Assembly: GCA_963841565.1 (NCBI GenBank)
Contig: CAWJCY010000012.1
Span: 160,001 to 224,000, forward strand
Direction: 5' to 3'
Length of the DNA: 64,000 nt
Source of the DNA: an uncultured Nitrososphaerales archaeon
GTDB lineage: Archaea; Thermoproteota; Nitrososphaeria; Nitrososphaerales; Nitrososphaeraceae
The notes under the pieces were generated by a model. That model was not told where the DNA came from. It worked only from the letters and a program-made list of their open reading frames with translations, and made no database searches. This document shows, piece after piece, positions 12,070 to 21,073 of this stretch (positions are counted from its first letter, which is position 1; every line of letters begins with the position of its first letter). Position numbers and translations under genes: made by a program.

Positions 12070-12567
12070 GTTAGAATCTGCTATTAATTCGGTATAATAA
12101 GGTGATGCCGTTTACAAAGCAATGCATACAGTCAAATACCGAAAAGTACCTCACTTTTGTTCTTTTTTTCGGATAACTAATTCAAAGATTTAGGGTTCAT
12201 CAGACGGAGAATCGATGGTATTTGAAAAGTCTAGAACCCAGATCTCTTTACATAAATATGTACAAAACTGCAGCTCATCACTTAAATCATAAAAATGCAA
12301 TGAAAGGAAAGAACGACAGATTAGGTATCTGTTTAGGTTTTTCTTACCATAAATCCGTTCCTAGCCCTGCTCATAAAGATTTAGAACTTAATGTTAATGA
12401 TCATTAGACCTAACAGGTCATCCTTCCTATTTTAGAATATTTGTACATTGACACATTGAAAAGAACCAGAGCGTAGGATCCTCTATGGTTCAGGTTAATT
12501 AGCTTTCTGCAACTTGGTCCCTATATCATAATATATATGGAAACTGAGGAATAATCCTTAAAGATAA

Positions 12568-13078
12568 TTGAACCACAAACAAAATACTAAATTTGATCAC
12601 AAATCACCACGTATTGGATTACTTCACGAAATGGAGAAGCATTTTGATAATAGCGATATTGAGTACTTCAAACAATTGCTTCATCATGAAGACAATGTAA
12701 TCAGAACAAGAGCAGTATGTATACTTGCTGAAATAGGCGGCAGGGGAATCGTAGATGCTATAAGTGACACTTTGACTAATGATAAAGATTCGTTGGTTAG
12801 ACATGAGGCAGCTTTTGCGTTGGGACAGATGGGGTTCACTGACGCATTGACTACGTTGTCCCATTCAATTAGTTCAGATCCTAGCATGTTTGTCAGGCAC
12901 GAAGCTCGCTATCGCAGTAGGCGTCATCGGTTCAGAGCGAGGGAGAGATCCGCTCCAGCAGGCATTATCTGATGAAAGCCAGGAAGTCCGTGAATCAGCA
13001 AAGATAGCTCTTGCTAATCTAGACTATATCTCGAGTATTAAGAGTAAAGGAAAATTCGCCAGGTTGACAGGCGGATGA
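12568..13078 (+). CDS. HEAT-repeat (PBS-lyase/DOHH-like) protein, +1 frameshift near 12907
   Basis: Four HEAT repeats: IRTRAVCILAEIG, VRHEAAFALGQMG, VRHEAAIAVGVIG (after removing one C) and VRESAKIAL; about 169 aa when repaired. Confidence 0.85.
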
Positions 13079-13090
13079 GAGGGATCTTCC

Positions 13091-13115
13091 TGATTTTTCG
13101 GCCCGACGAAAATCA
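13091..13115. terminator. Hairpin between convergent HEAT-protein and purP genes
   Basis: TGATTTTTCG...CGAAAATCA imperfect inverted repeat between the two stop codons. Confidence 0.35.
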
Positions 13116-13129
13116 TCTAATGACGAAGG

Positions 13130-14170
13130 TTATGTAAGAATAACTTTCAAATCAGTATTCTTCTGAGCATTTTTTATTTCCAAGGCAATCCTTCTACCCA
13201 TACTCATTGGATCATCATAGATAAGGCAAGAATAAGGCGAACCCATCACATATAGGTTGGTGCCCGCAACAATCCTCGCAGAAAATTCAAAAGTAACGAA
13301 ATTCCCTAACGCATCGCAGACGCCTTCAAGGCAAAATGGACCTATCATACCTGGAGGAACCAGCTGTTTGGCGGCCTGCACAAAGTCCTCACCCATCGAA
13401 AACACTTTTCCCAGTAAAGACTCTCTTAGGACGAGAGGGAAATTTCCAATTACATTGTACGACGAGGTCTGAATTCCTATCCCCAATTGATGGCTGGCCG
13501 GTATCCTACCCAGTCCATCTATATCAGTTTCGTATCTTCTGTCAACGCCAAGGAATTCTAGCTCATTGTTGATTGCAGAATAAAAATAATGAAGATAGAC
13601 CGGAACTCCCTTTACATATTCCTGAATATATAGATCATCTTCACTCTTGATTACATTTTGCTTAATTAGATCACGTGCCCCATTTTCAAAAGTTTCCCTA
13701 TTCCAAGCTAAGAAATATCCTCTCCCTCCAGCAGCTCCATGTAGCTTCACAATACATAGCCGATCTATGTCGTGCTTCGATTTCACAGTCTGAGGAGTAG
13801 CTAATCCAGCACTCATCATCAATTCTTGTTTTAAATTTCTATCTGCTTCCCATCTCAATATCCATTTGTTACCAAAAATAGGTACAGAGAGCTGTTCAAT
13901 ATAGTCAATATCTGAATATGCTATAAGCGATCCGTGAGGTATCAAAATACAATCATTTTCATTAAGATATTCCTGGCATTCTGTGGATATTGTTTCTGAA
14001 TTCTGTCCAATTTCGAAGATTTCATCTATAAACTTGAATCGCTTGTATAGAGACGTCCTGTCCTTTTTGCACACGAGAATTGTTTTGAATCCTTCATCCT
14101 TTGCTCCTTTCATTAATTGCAATGCACAATGAGAACCGATAGTTGCAATGCTTAGATCCTGACTCAGCAA
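13130..14170 (-). CDS. purP: PurP-family FAICAR synthetase (formate-dependent, ATP-grasp)
   Basis: IATIGSHCALQ, GGRGYF, DRRYE, GPFCLE and FEFSARIVAGTN motifs. Confidence 0.93.
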   Translation of the reverse strand: MLSQDLSIATIGSHCALQLMKGAKDEGFKTILVCKKDRTSLYKRFKFIDEIFEIGQNSETISTECQEYLNENDCILIPHGSLIAYSDIDYIEQLSVPIFGNKWILRWEADRNLKQELMMSAGLATPQTVKSKHDIDRLCIVKLHGAAGGRGYFLAWNRETFENGARDLIKQNVIKSEDDLYIQEYVKGVPVYLHYFYSAINNELEFLGVDRRYETDIDGLGRIPASHQLGIGIQTSSYNVIGNFPLVLRESLLGKVFSMGEDFVQAAKQLVPPGMIGPFCLEGVCDALGNFVTFEFSARIVAGTNLYVMGSPYSCLIYDDPMSMGRRIALEIKNAQKNTDLKVILT

Positions 14171-14335
14171 TAATACCCAACTTATAGGCAGAGGGTGATT
14201 AAAACACTTCGAGAGGGATTAGCTTCAACCGTGAATATGCTTTTTGATAAGGGCCCCTTCTATCTTTTCATTGTACTGATGCAGAATAATTCTAAATCGT
14301 CATTCATGTTTTAAGGCTACATGTGACAGATTTGT

Positions 14336-14518
14336 TTACTGTCTGCCGCCAAAAGTAATAAATTCTGCAATCAACTTGATGACGAAAGCGATGCCTCCTA
14401 CTACTCCTAGTCCAAGTAAGACCAATCGCATATGGGTTACATAGTCGTCTTTGCTAGTCTTTTTCGCTAACTTGAGCGTTTGTATTATCTCAGTAAACTT
14501 TCGCTGTACTACGGCCAA
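14336..14518 (-). CDS. secE: Protein translocase subunit SecE/Sec61-gamma
   Basis: 60 aa; amphipathic LKLAKK...DDY segment followed by one TM helix GLGVVGGIAFVIKL. Confidence 0.85.
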   Translation of the reverse strand: MAVVQRKFTEIIQTLKLAKKTSKDDYVTHMRLVLLGLGVVGGIAFVIKLIAEFITFGGRQ

Positions 14519-14596
14519 TTACTTTCAATATTAGACATAGGATTCGGATATTTGAAGATAACGCAACAGAAATCAAAATGCTCTAATTTCTTATTA

Positions 14597-15067
14597 TTAC
14601 CTTACTATTTGCTGTTGTAGTCCATAGGCGGGGTCCTTATCAGTCCTTTGCATCTCTACAAAGGTTTCAGTATTCTGAATTCCCTCAATTTTCCCTATCA
14701 GCTCTATTACAACATTGTGTAATTCCTCCAAGGTTCTGGCATTTACAGTGACAACCATATCAAACCTACCTGTAACCTCAGAAATTGATCTTATCTCCGG
14801 AATTTTAAGAAGCTCTGCATGGATCCTCTCTTTTTGCTTAGGATCTCTGTTTATCCCAACGATGGCTCTTACGCTAATACCCAACATACCTTCATTTATT
14901 ATAACTGTAAATTTCTGAATTAGATCGCGTTTGGACAAACGCTTGATCCTACTATACAAGACGGATGCATTTACGTCCAATTTCTTACTAAGGCGAGGAA
15001 CCGAAATGCTAGCGTCGCGAGTGAGCTCGGTCAAGATCTTCATATCCAAGTCGTCGAATCTTTGCAC
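14597..15067 (-). CDS. Lrp/AsnC family transcriptional regulator
   Basis: DDLDMKILTEL HTH, RIKRL and VTGRFD (RAM domain). Confidence 0.92.
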   Translation of the reverse strand: MQRFDDLDMKILTELTRDASISVPRLSKKLDVNASVLYSRIKRLSKRDLIQKFTVIINEGMLGISVRAIVGINRDPKQKERIHAELLKIPEIRSISEVTGRFDMVVTVNARTLEELHNVVIELIGKIEGIQNTETFVEMQRTDKDPAYGLQQQIVR

Positions 15068-15248
15068 GTTTTACAATCATACTGCAGGTGATCTGATTAA
15101 TAAATGTAGTTTTTTCGAATATTTCATACTAAAGGTCGGGAGATAACCGAAACCTGGTCAAATTGTTAAATATATTAATTCTCTAAGATCCCCAGCAAAA
15201 TAATCAAGATCAAAAACTATAATTTCACCGGATGTTTTTGTATAGATA

Positions 15249-15752
15249 TTGTTTGGGCGTGGGCGCATAAAACGTGGAGATTACGTTTTTGCAGCACAGA
15301 ACGAAAATGACTACCGTATTTTAGTCATAGGGAGGGTCCACGAAGTTAATGGGAAAAAGCTATCAGTCCTCGGCTCATTTATCCGTCCTATTGGTTTGAT
15401 GGAGAGAGTTAAATCTGGGATAGTGCAAGGTAGGCCCGCACAAGTGCTTCATGATCCAGACCCAAATAACTGCATATTTATGCTCATTGATCGGGTGGAA
15501 AGTGGGGCTTTCAGCGATGAAATTGATTTAGATAATACTAAGACTACGTGGATAAACGAAAAAAGATACTTCGTGCTTGATGGTTGGATACGCGAGAATC
15601 TTCCAGATTTATTCTCACGTATATTCAGGGCCTCGACTGAAGAGGAAAGGCAGTATGCTAGGTCTGTCCTGTTAGAGAAAATGAATTCTCTTTACGAAAG
15701 GGACTTGAAGGAACATGTTTATGCGGTCGCAAGGAGCACACGGATTCTATAG
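15249..15752 (+). CDS. Conserved hypothetical protein upstream of rpl12
   Basis: 167-aa ORF, co-oriented with and just upstream of rpl12. Confidence 0.75.
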   Translation: MFGRGRIKRGDYVFAAQNENDYRILVIGRVHEVNGKKLSVLGSFIRPIGLMERVKSGIVQGRPAQVLHDPDPNNCIFMLIDRVESGAFSDEIDLDNTKTTWINEKRYFVLDGWIRENLPDLFSRIFRASTEEERQYARSVLLEKMNSLYERDLKEHVYAVARSTRIL

Positions 15753-15799
15753 GATATTGAAAGTTTTATATTATGGTCAAGCATAGACCAAATTCTACA

Positions 15800-16105
15800 A
15801 TGGAATATATGTATGCGGCTTTATTATTACACAAACTGAAACAGGATATAAACGAGGATAATGTAAGGAATGTTATAAAAGCTACCGGAGTAGCTCCAGA
15901 TGATGTGCGAATCAAGTCTCTTGTTACCGCATTGAGCGAGGTAAATATTGACGAAGCCCTAAAGAGTAGTCCTGTTTCCGTGCCGGGTCCTGCAACATCA
16001 CCGGCTGCAACCTCGCCTCAGCCTACTGAATCAAAGGAAGAAGAAAAGAAGGAGGAAAAGAAGGAGGAGGAAGCATTGGAAGGATTATCTGCACTTTTTG
16101 GATAG
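15800..16105 (+). CDS. rpl12: 50S ribosomal protein P1/L12
   Basis: [12 protein letters not shown]-terminus, Ala/Pro hinge and EEEKKEE...EGLSALFG C-terminus. Confidence 0.96.
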   Translation: MEYMYAALLLHKLKQDINEDNVRNVIKATGVAPDDVRIKSLVTALSEVNIDEALKSSPVSVPGPATSPAATSPQPTESKEEEKKEEKKEEEALEGLSALFG

Positions 16106-16179
16106 ATTGACCTTCTGAACTGAAGTAATCTCTATTTTTTATTTTTAATTAGTGCCGTAAGGTACTTTAGAATATTAAT

Positions 16180-17073
16180 TTAGGCTACGTCATAGCCTTT
16201 TTCTTTAACGAGGTTCGAAACACTTAGGGATTGTGCATGAGCATTCAATAGAATTGGTTTTATCGTATCCTTAGTTAGATATTCAACCGATACTGATAAA
16301 TTCAAAGCTTCCTGTCCCGCTTGAATAATCAATGGCCTCACTGTTTCTGGGGTTAGGTAACCGCATACAATGGCCAGATTCAAGCCCTCAAAAGCTCCTA
16401 TTGCCATTTCCTTAGCGTAGGCATCCAAATCAATTTTTAGATCCTCTTCCGTAAAGAGGAGACCATCTGCAAGAGCACAGTTTACTGAGATGCCAGCTTC
16501 AATAGGCTTTACGTCCAATTTGCTCAAAAGGGAAGCTAATTTCTGAGATATTTGGTCTCCTGGCTTAGCAACACGAGTATCCTTTACCACCCAAATGCTC
16601 CCTTGATCAATTTTTGTTGGAACATTAGCTTCTTTAAACTCTGAAAGGACAGGTCCTGGAGTAATACCAGTGTTTCCAGCGGGAACGATGATTTCAGTTG
16701 GGGCAATATCACCACCTTTTGCAGGTAGAAATATTTTACTTTTATCAAAAATTAGATTAAGACGGAAAGGATTGGTATTAGTAAAAAGAAGCAAACATTG
16801 TCCTTCCAGTCTATTGCTGAACTCAGGGAGTCGAGGAATATCGTCGATCTTTTCAAATGCTCTCTGTACTACTTTATTCTTAACAACCCTCAACTTCATT
16901 TCGGCACGAAATTTTTTTCTTAGCTGCATTAATTGACTTGCTCTAACTTTATTCAGATTAGAAAGGGCCAAGGCTTTGTATTCTTTAGGGAATTTCAACA
17001 TCTCCTGATACATAAGCCTCTTTTTCTTAGGGTAACTCTTTCTGGCGCTACTCATAATATTAGATCCGACCAT
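16180..17073 (-). CDS. rpl10: 50S ribosomal protein L10/P0
   Basis: LMQLRKKFR, VVKNKV, AKGGDIAP, GNTGITPGP and LLSKLDVKP motifs. Confidence 0.95.
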   Translation of the reverse strand: MVGSNIMSSARKSYPKKKRLMYQEMLKFPKEYKALALSNLNKVRASQLMQLRKKFRAEMKLRVVKNKVVQRAFEKIDDIPRLPEFSNRLEGQCLLLFTNTNPFRLNLIFDKSKIFLPAKGGDIAPTEIIVPAGNTGITPGPVLSEFKEANVPTKIDQGSIWVVKDTRVAKPGDQISQKLASLLSKLDVKPIEAGISVNCALADGLLFTEEDLKIDLDAYAKEMAIGAFEGLNLAIVCGYLTPETVRPLIIQAGQEALNLSVSVEYLTKDTIKPILLNAHAQSLSVSNLVKEKGYDVA

Positions 17074-17078
17074 GGTTA

Positions 17079-17756
17079 TTATCCCGAAATTTCCCTTTTA
17101 GAAGCGCTCGTTTTTGCCGGTTTACTCATTGTGAATTTGAAAACGGCGCCGCGTATATTCTTCTCTCCTTGAGGGAGTTTCTTTTCAAGTGCTGAAACTA
17201 CTGCACTCGCATTGCTAACCAATGAGGAATCGTCCATATTCTCATCTCCAACTCTAGCAGAAACACTCAATTGATTCTTAATTCTCACCCGTATGGAACC
17301 TTGAAAGCGGCTGACAATCGATTCGAGAGGTGCGCCGTAGGGCAATGGAGTGGGCATCTTGCCCTTCGGGCCTAGAAACTGTCCAATAGACCTACCTACT
17401 GACGACATTAAAGAAGTATCTGACAAGAAAAAATCATGCTTTCTAACCAATTTTCTTGCCTCTCTTTTGTTTGTTCCCAATCGGTCGAGCTCTTGGGGTT
17501 CTAAAATTGTCGGAATGCCCACTTTCCGGGCTCTCATTGCCAAGTCTCCAGAGCCAATTAGGCAAATCGCAGATTCATCATTTGATTTATGGGGTAAGCT
17601 TACTACTTCGTTTAGACTAAAACCTTTTTTAACGTCAATATCCTTCAGAATAAGCGTCAATTCAGCCGACTGCGTGAAGTGTCGCTTATCCAAGCCATTC
17701 CTAGCTTGTTTTATCAACTCCTGCAATTGCTTATCATTTACCAATTGGGTCAGCAA
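17079..17756 (-). CDS. rpl1: 50S ribosomal protein L1
   Basis: RHFTQSAEL, LGPKGKMPTP and KFTMS motifs. Confidence 0.95.
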   Translation of the reverse strand: MLTQLVNDKQLQELIKQARNGLDKRHFTQSAELTLILKDIDVKKGFSLNEVVSLPHKSNDESAICLIGSGDLAMRARKVGIPTILEPQELDRLGTNKREARKLVRKHDFFLSDTSLMSSVGRSIGQFLGPKGKMPTPLPYGAPLESIVSRFQGSIRVRIKNQLSVSARVGDENMDDSSLVSNASAVVSALEKKLPQGEKNIRGAVFKFTMSKPAKTSASKREISG

Positions 17757-17835
17757 GATTTGTAGGAAGCCTACTTAAAATTGTTTATAATAAATGGCGA
17801 AGGCACCCTAGGGGTTGTAAGATCACAAGTTCTAG

Positions 17836-17924
17836 CGGGCCCGGAGGGCTTCGATCCCTCGACTTCCGGCTTTCTTCACTAGGAATAGAAGGCAGGCGCT
17901 CTATCCAAGCTGAGCTACGAGCCC
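17836..17924 (-). tRNA. tRNA-Arg(UCU) with 14-nt intron at 37/38
   Basis: GGGCTCG/CGGGCCC acceptor; CCTGC-CTTCTA[TTCCTAGTGAAGAA]A-GCCGG; CTTC/GAAG central helix of a relaxed BHB. Confidence 0.9.
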
Positions 17925-18087
17925 AAAGTAAACGAATGCTTTGTGTATATACCGGGTGGTATTCTTCTGCTTTGTAATTTCCAAGGTCCATTCCTTATTA
18001 AATTCTTAGTTTTTGCAAAGAAAAAGTCTCACCGTACACCAATTTCAATAGCTACAAATTCGGGCAGAAACTATAGTAGGACTGTAT

Positions 18088-18675
18088 ATGGCGTCAGAGG
18101 AACAAGTGGGAGACGAAAAGCGGCATGGCCTTGGACAAAATGATGAGCTCGCAAAAAGTATGCTGGGAATTTGGGAGGAAATTTTTAAACTACCAACAAT
18201 AGGTCCTTTATTTTCCTACTTTGGTAATATCAAGGATGAGAACGCTCAGGTTGCAAACTTGACGGAGACAATATTGAAATCCCAGATTACTCTGGGTCAT
18301 TATTGGAAGCAGGTAAATCAGGCATATGTTAATGCAGTTTTAAGAATAAATGAGAAGAGCGCTTCTTCACTACTGGATATTAAAACCAAAAAGGATCTAG
18401 ATGACTACAGAAAATTAATGATAGATTCCTTTGAGGAGGAGTTTACTCAGTTATTTAATTCTAGGGAATTTGCGGTAACTTATCGAGATTTGCTGGACAA
18501 ACAAATGGACATATTAAGGCAAATCCAAGCCTCATCTCAAAGAACACTAGGAATACTAAATCTTCCTACAAGAAAGGAATTGGATATGATATCAAAAGAT
18601 CTCCATGATTTGCGTAAGTCTGTAATGGATTTGAATGAAAGGTTGGAATCAACAGTGGGCAAGATGCAGAGCTAG
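18088..18675 (+). CDS. phaE: Class III PHA synthase subunit PhaE
   Basis: Helical protein with FEEEFTQLFNSREFA and C-terminal LNLPTRKELD...LHDLRK motif typical of PhaE. Confidence 0.82.
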   Translation: MASEEQVGDEKRHGLGQNDELAKSMLGIWEEIFKLPTIGPLFSYFGNIKDENAQVANLTETILKSQITLGHYWKQVNQAYVNAVLRINEKSASSLLDIKTKKDLDDYRKLMIDSFEEEFTQLFNSREFAVTYRDLLDKQMDILRQIQASSQRTLGILNLPTRKELDMISKDLHDLRKSVMDLNERLESTVGKMQS

Positions 18676-18823
18676 TTAAACCTTGTAATAAATTTAGTGT
18701 CTATGACTTGGAATTGGCGGAAGCCATATGGCAGAAATGCAATTAGTTCGAGGGCTAGCAGAAAAAGTGGCTTGCATTCTGGGTCAGAAGAATAGGAGTT
18801 AATGGACATCGCAGTAGTCAATA

Positions 18824-19120
18824 TTACTCGGTCCCTTTCTTTCTTCTTAGTATTGGTGTAACGATCACCTGTACTAGATCGCCTTCCTCTATGTTTAGGG
18901 CGATCCTTTCAGCCTCAGGGATTGAGATCCTGCCGCTGCTCTGAACAGTAGTTTTGAACATTGCGTTAAAATGCAAAGCATTTTGCATAGTTGAGATATA
19001 ACTATGCATTGCATCCTGTTGGACTGAAGTCAACTTTTTCATAAATTCCCGTTGGGCTTCATTTCCCTGTTCAACTGCTTTTCTTAAGGCATCAAAAGAG
19101 CTATTATCATTTTCAGTCAT
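18824..19120 (-). CDS. phaR: AbrB-family regulator, haloarchaeal PhaR-like
   Basis: Gln/Met-rich N-terminus plus FKTTVQSSGRISIPEAERIALNIEEGDLVQV AbrB domain; adjacent to phaE. Confidence 0.75.
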   Translation of the reverse strand: MTENDNSSFDALRKAVEQGNEAQREFMKKLTSVQQDAMHSYISTMQNALHFNAMFKTTVQSSGRISIPEAERIALNIEEGDLVQVIVTPILRRKKGTE

Positions 19121-19179
19121 TAATAAGGATCAGTTAGGTACATTTATTTAATATTATCACTGAATGCCTCAGAAAGAGC

Positions 19180-20013
19180 TTACTGCAAGAAATCTAGAAC
19201 TATTTTCGTAAATTCCTCAGGGTTTTCGATAGGTGGGGTGTGTCCGCAGCCCTTCATAACTTTAGTAGTACATCCTGGGATATCGCCATAGGCAGCCGAA
19301 TACTGGAAAGGAATCATTTGATCGTGTTCTCCCCAGATACAAAGTGTTGGAACATTTATTTTTGACAATCGGCCAGCAAGATTGGGAGAATCTCTAATTC
19401 CCAACAAGGTCGACATAAATGCATACTTTGCGTTAGGGAGTCTCATTCGGTTAATGAAATCGCGTATCGTTGACTCCGGTACGACTTCTGAATTGTAAGT
19501 CATATGTGAGAAGGCCTTTGCAACGTTTTCGTATGTGGGATAGAGTGCAGCCATGATATATTCATCAAGGGTTTGAGTCGACGTCCTCATAGTCCCTGCT
19601 GGAGAAACTAGAACCAGCTTTTTTACCTGGTTTGGAAATTTCATAGCGAATTCTGTGGCTAGAAAACCTCCGAATGACGATCCTATAAAAGTGGCTTGCT
19701 TGATATAAAGGGCCTTCATGAATCTATCGAGGAACTCGACAAAGAAATCCATCGTATATTCTACGGTCGGCTTATCGCTATATCCAAAACCAATTATATC
19801 AGGAATTATCACCTCAAATTTCTTTGATAAACCAGGAAATACGGGTACCCACCTCTCTGCGGAAGCACCTATTCCATGCAATAAAACCAGTATTCTGCCA
19901 CTCTTTGGATTAAAACTATTACCCGATATGTATCGTATAGTGTATTCATCCATATGAACCAGATTCATTGAAATGTCCTGCCTCACAACCGATTTTACAT
20001 GCTCTTGATTCAC
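19180..20013 (-). CDS. Alpha/beta-fold serine hydrolase
   Basis: LLHG oxyanion motif, GSSFGG nucleophile elbow, GEHD (Asp) and GHTP (His). Confidence 0.92.
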   Translation of the reverse strand: MNQEHVKSVVRQDISMNLVHMDEYTIRYISGNSFNPKSGRILVLLHGIGASAERWVPVFPGLSKKFEVIIPDIIGFGYSDKPTVEYTMDFFVEFLDRFMKALYIKQATFIGSSFGGFLATEFAMKFPNQVKKLVLVSPAGTMRTSTQTLDEYIMAALYPTYENVAKAFSHMTYNSEVVPESTIRDFINRMRLPNAKYAFMSTLLGIRDSPNLAGRLSKINVPTLCIWGEHDQMIPFQYSAAYGDIPGCTTKVMKGCGHTPPIENPEEFTKIVLDFLQ

Positions 20014-20031
20014 GACCCCTAATTTAATATC

Positions 20032-20478
20032 TTGTACTTTGCGCTATACCCTAAGTCAAGCCTATTATCTAGCAAAGCAAATATTTCGAATAATTTCTAT
20101 AACTTAAAAGTGAACCCTACTAGTCATCCAATCTCAATTGAATTGATAGAGGAGCAAGTGACTTCAGGCCAGGATATCCATGGAACTATCAATCTCTCTT
20201 ACGATTCCAGATACGACACTATTGTTATAAATTCACAAATAGAGGATTCTAGCGGTACTTTTGAATTTATAGAACTCAATGGAAGAAAAATAGATTATCC
20301 TTACCCAAGGTTTTCAATCTTTGAAAAAGATATCTCTGGTCAGAAAAAGATAACCTTTACGGCGAGGACAAATCATATCCCCCGCGATGCCTCCGCTAAG
20401 GTCAAGTTTAGGGTATCCATTATCCAAGAACATAAAGAAATAGCTAGCGATATTTCCTACCTCATTCTTAGCAAGTAA
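20032..20478 (+). CDS. Hypothetical beta-rich protein (true start possibly GTG at 20110)
   Basis: ORF with an alternating beta-strand pattern; no motif recognised. Confidence 0.65.
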   Translation: MYFALYPKSSLLSSKANISNNFYNLKVNPTSHPISIELIEEQVTSGQDIHGTINLSYDSRYDTIVINSQIEDSSGTFEFIELNGRKIDYPYPRFSIFEKDISGQKKITFTARTNHIPRDASAKVKFRVSIIQEHKEIASDISYLILSK

Positions 20479-20546
20479 TGCTTTAATTGAAGCTGTAGAT
20501 CGTTCGTCTTGTGCATTAATTAAGCACTTCTTAGATGCTATGATTA

Positions 20547-21008
20547 TCAGAATCTTCCCTCAGCCACGGTAACCTTTCCTGTCATCCATGGATGTGGCTC
20601 ACAGTGATATGGATACTCACCTGCTTCGGTAAATGTAAACTCATATTTTTCATTAGCAGGAATAAGACCAATGGTATCCATGCTATTGAATGCCCCATTG
20701 ACAGGATCTTCAAATCCTGTATCTGAGGTTACTGTGTGAGGTACTGAATCGTCATTTGTCCAAATGAACTTGTTCGATAAACCCAATGCCCCTTCCACCT
20801 CTTTCGGGACAAAGTTTTCAGTCTGTGATGGCTGTGAAGATCCAACTGCTATGGAAATTTCCACAGACTCCACGGGATTCAGAATTTCTTCAGGAACTAC
20901 TGGAGTTGCAGTTGCTTGCGGGATATATACAAATTGATAGTAGGCGACGCTAATGGCAACAGAAACAACAAAGGCCATGATGCTGATCCCTGCGACATTA
21001 TTAGTCAT
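20547..21008 (-). CDS. Membrane-anchored cupredoxin (plastocyanin-like), complex III partner
   Basis: N-terminal TM helix; WTNDDSVPHTVTS and YHCEPHPWM type-1 Cu ligands. Confidence 0.93.
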   Translation of the reverse strand: MTNNVAGISIMAFVVSVAISVAYYQFVYIPQATATPVVPEEILNPVESVEISIAVGSSQPSQTENFVPKEVEGALGLSNKFIWTNDDSVPHTVTSDTGFEDPVNGAFNSMDTIGLIPANEKYEFTFTEAGEYPYHCEPHPWMTGKVTVAEGRF

Positions 21009-21073
21009 CTACCTGTGCTTTGTATGAGGGGGAGACATTTCACATATAAAGCTTCTTTAGTGTTGAAGTTGAT

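Noticed and set aside
17785-17991. 68-aa ORF, and similarly 37200-37463 and 37704-38012
   Set aside because: Shadow ORFs overlapping tRNA genes.
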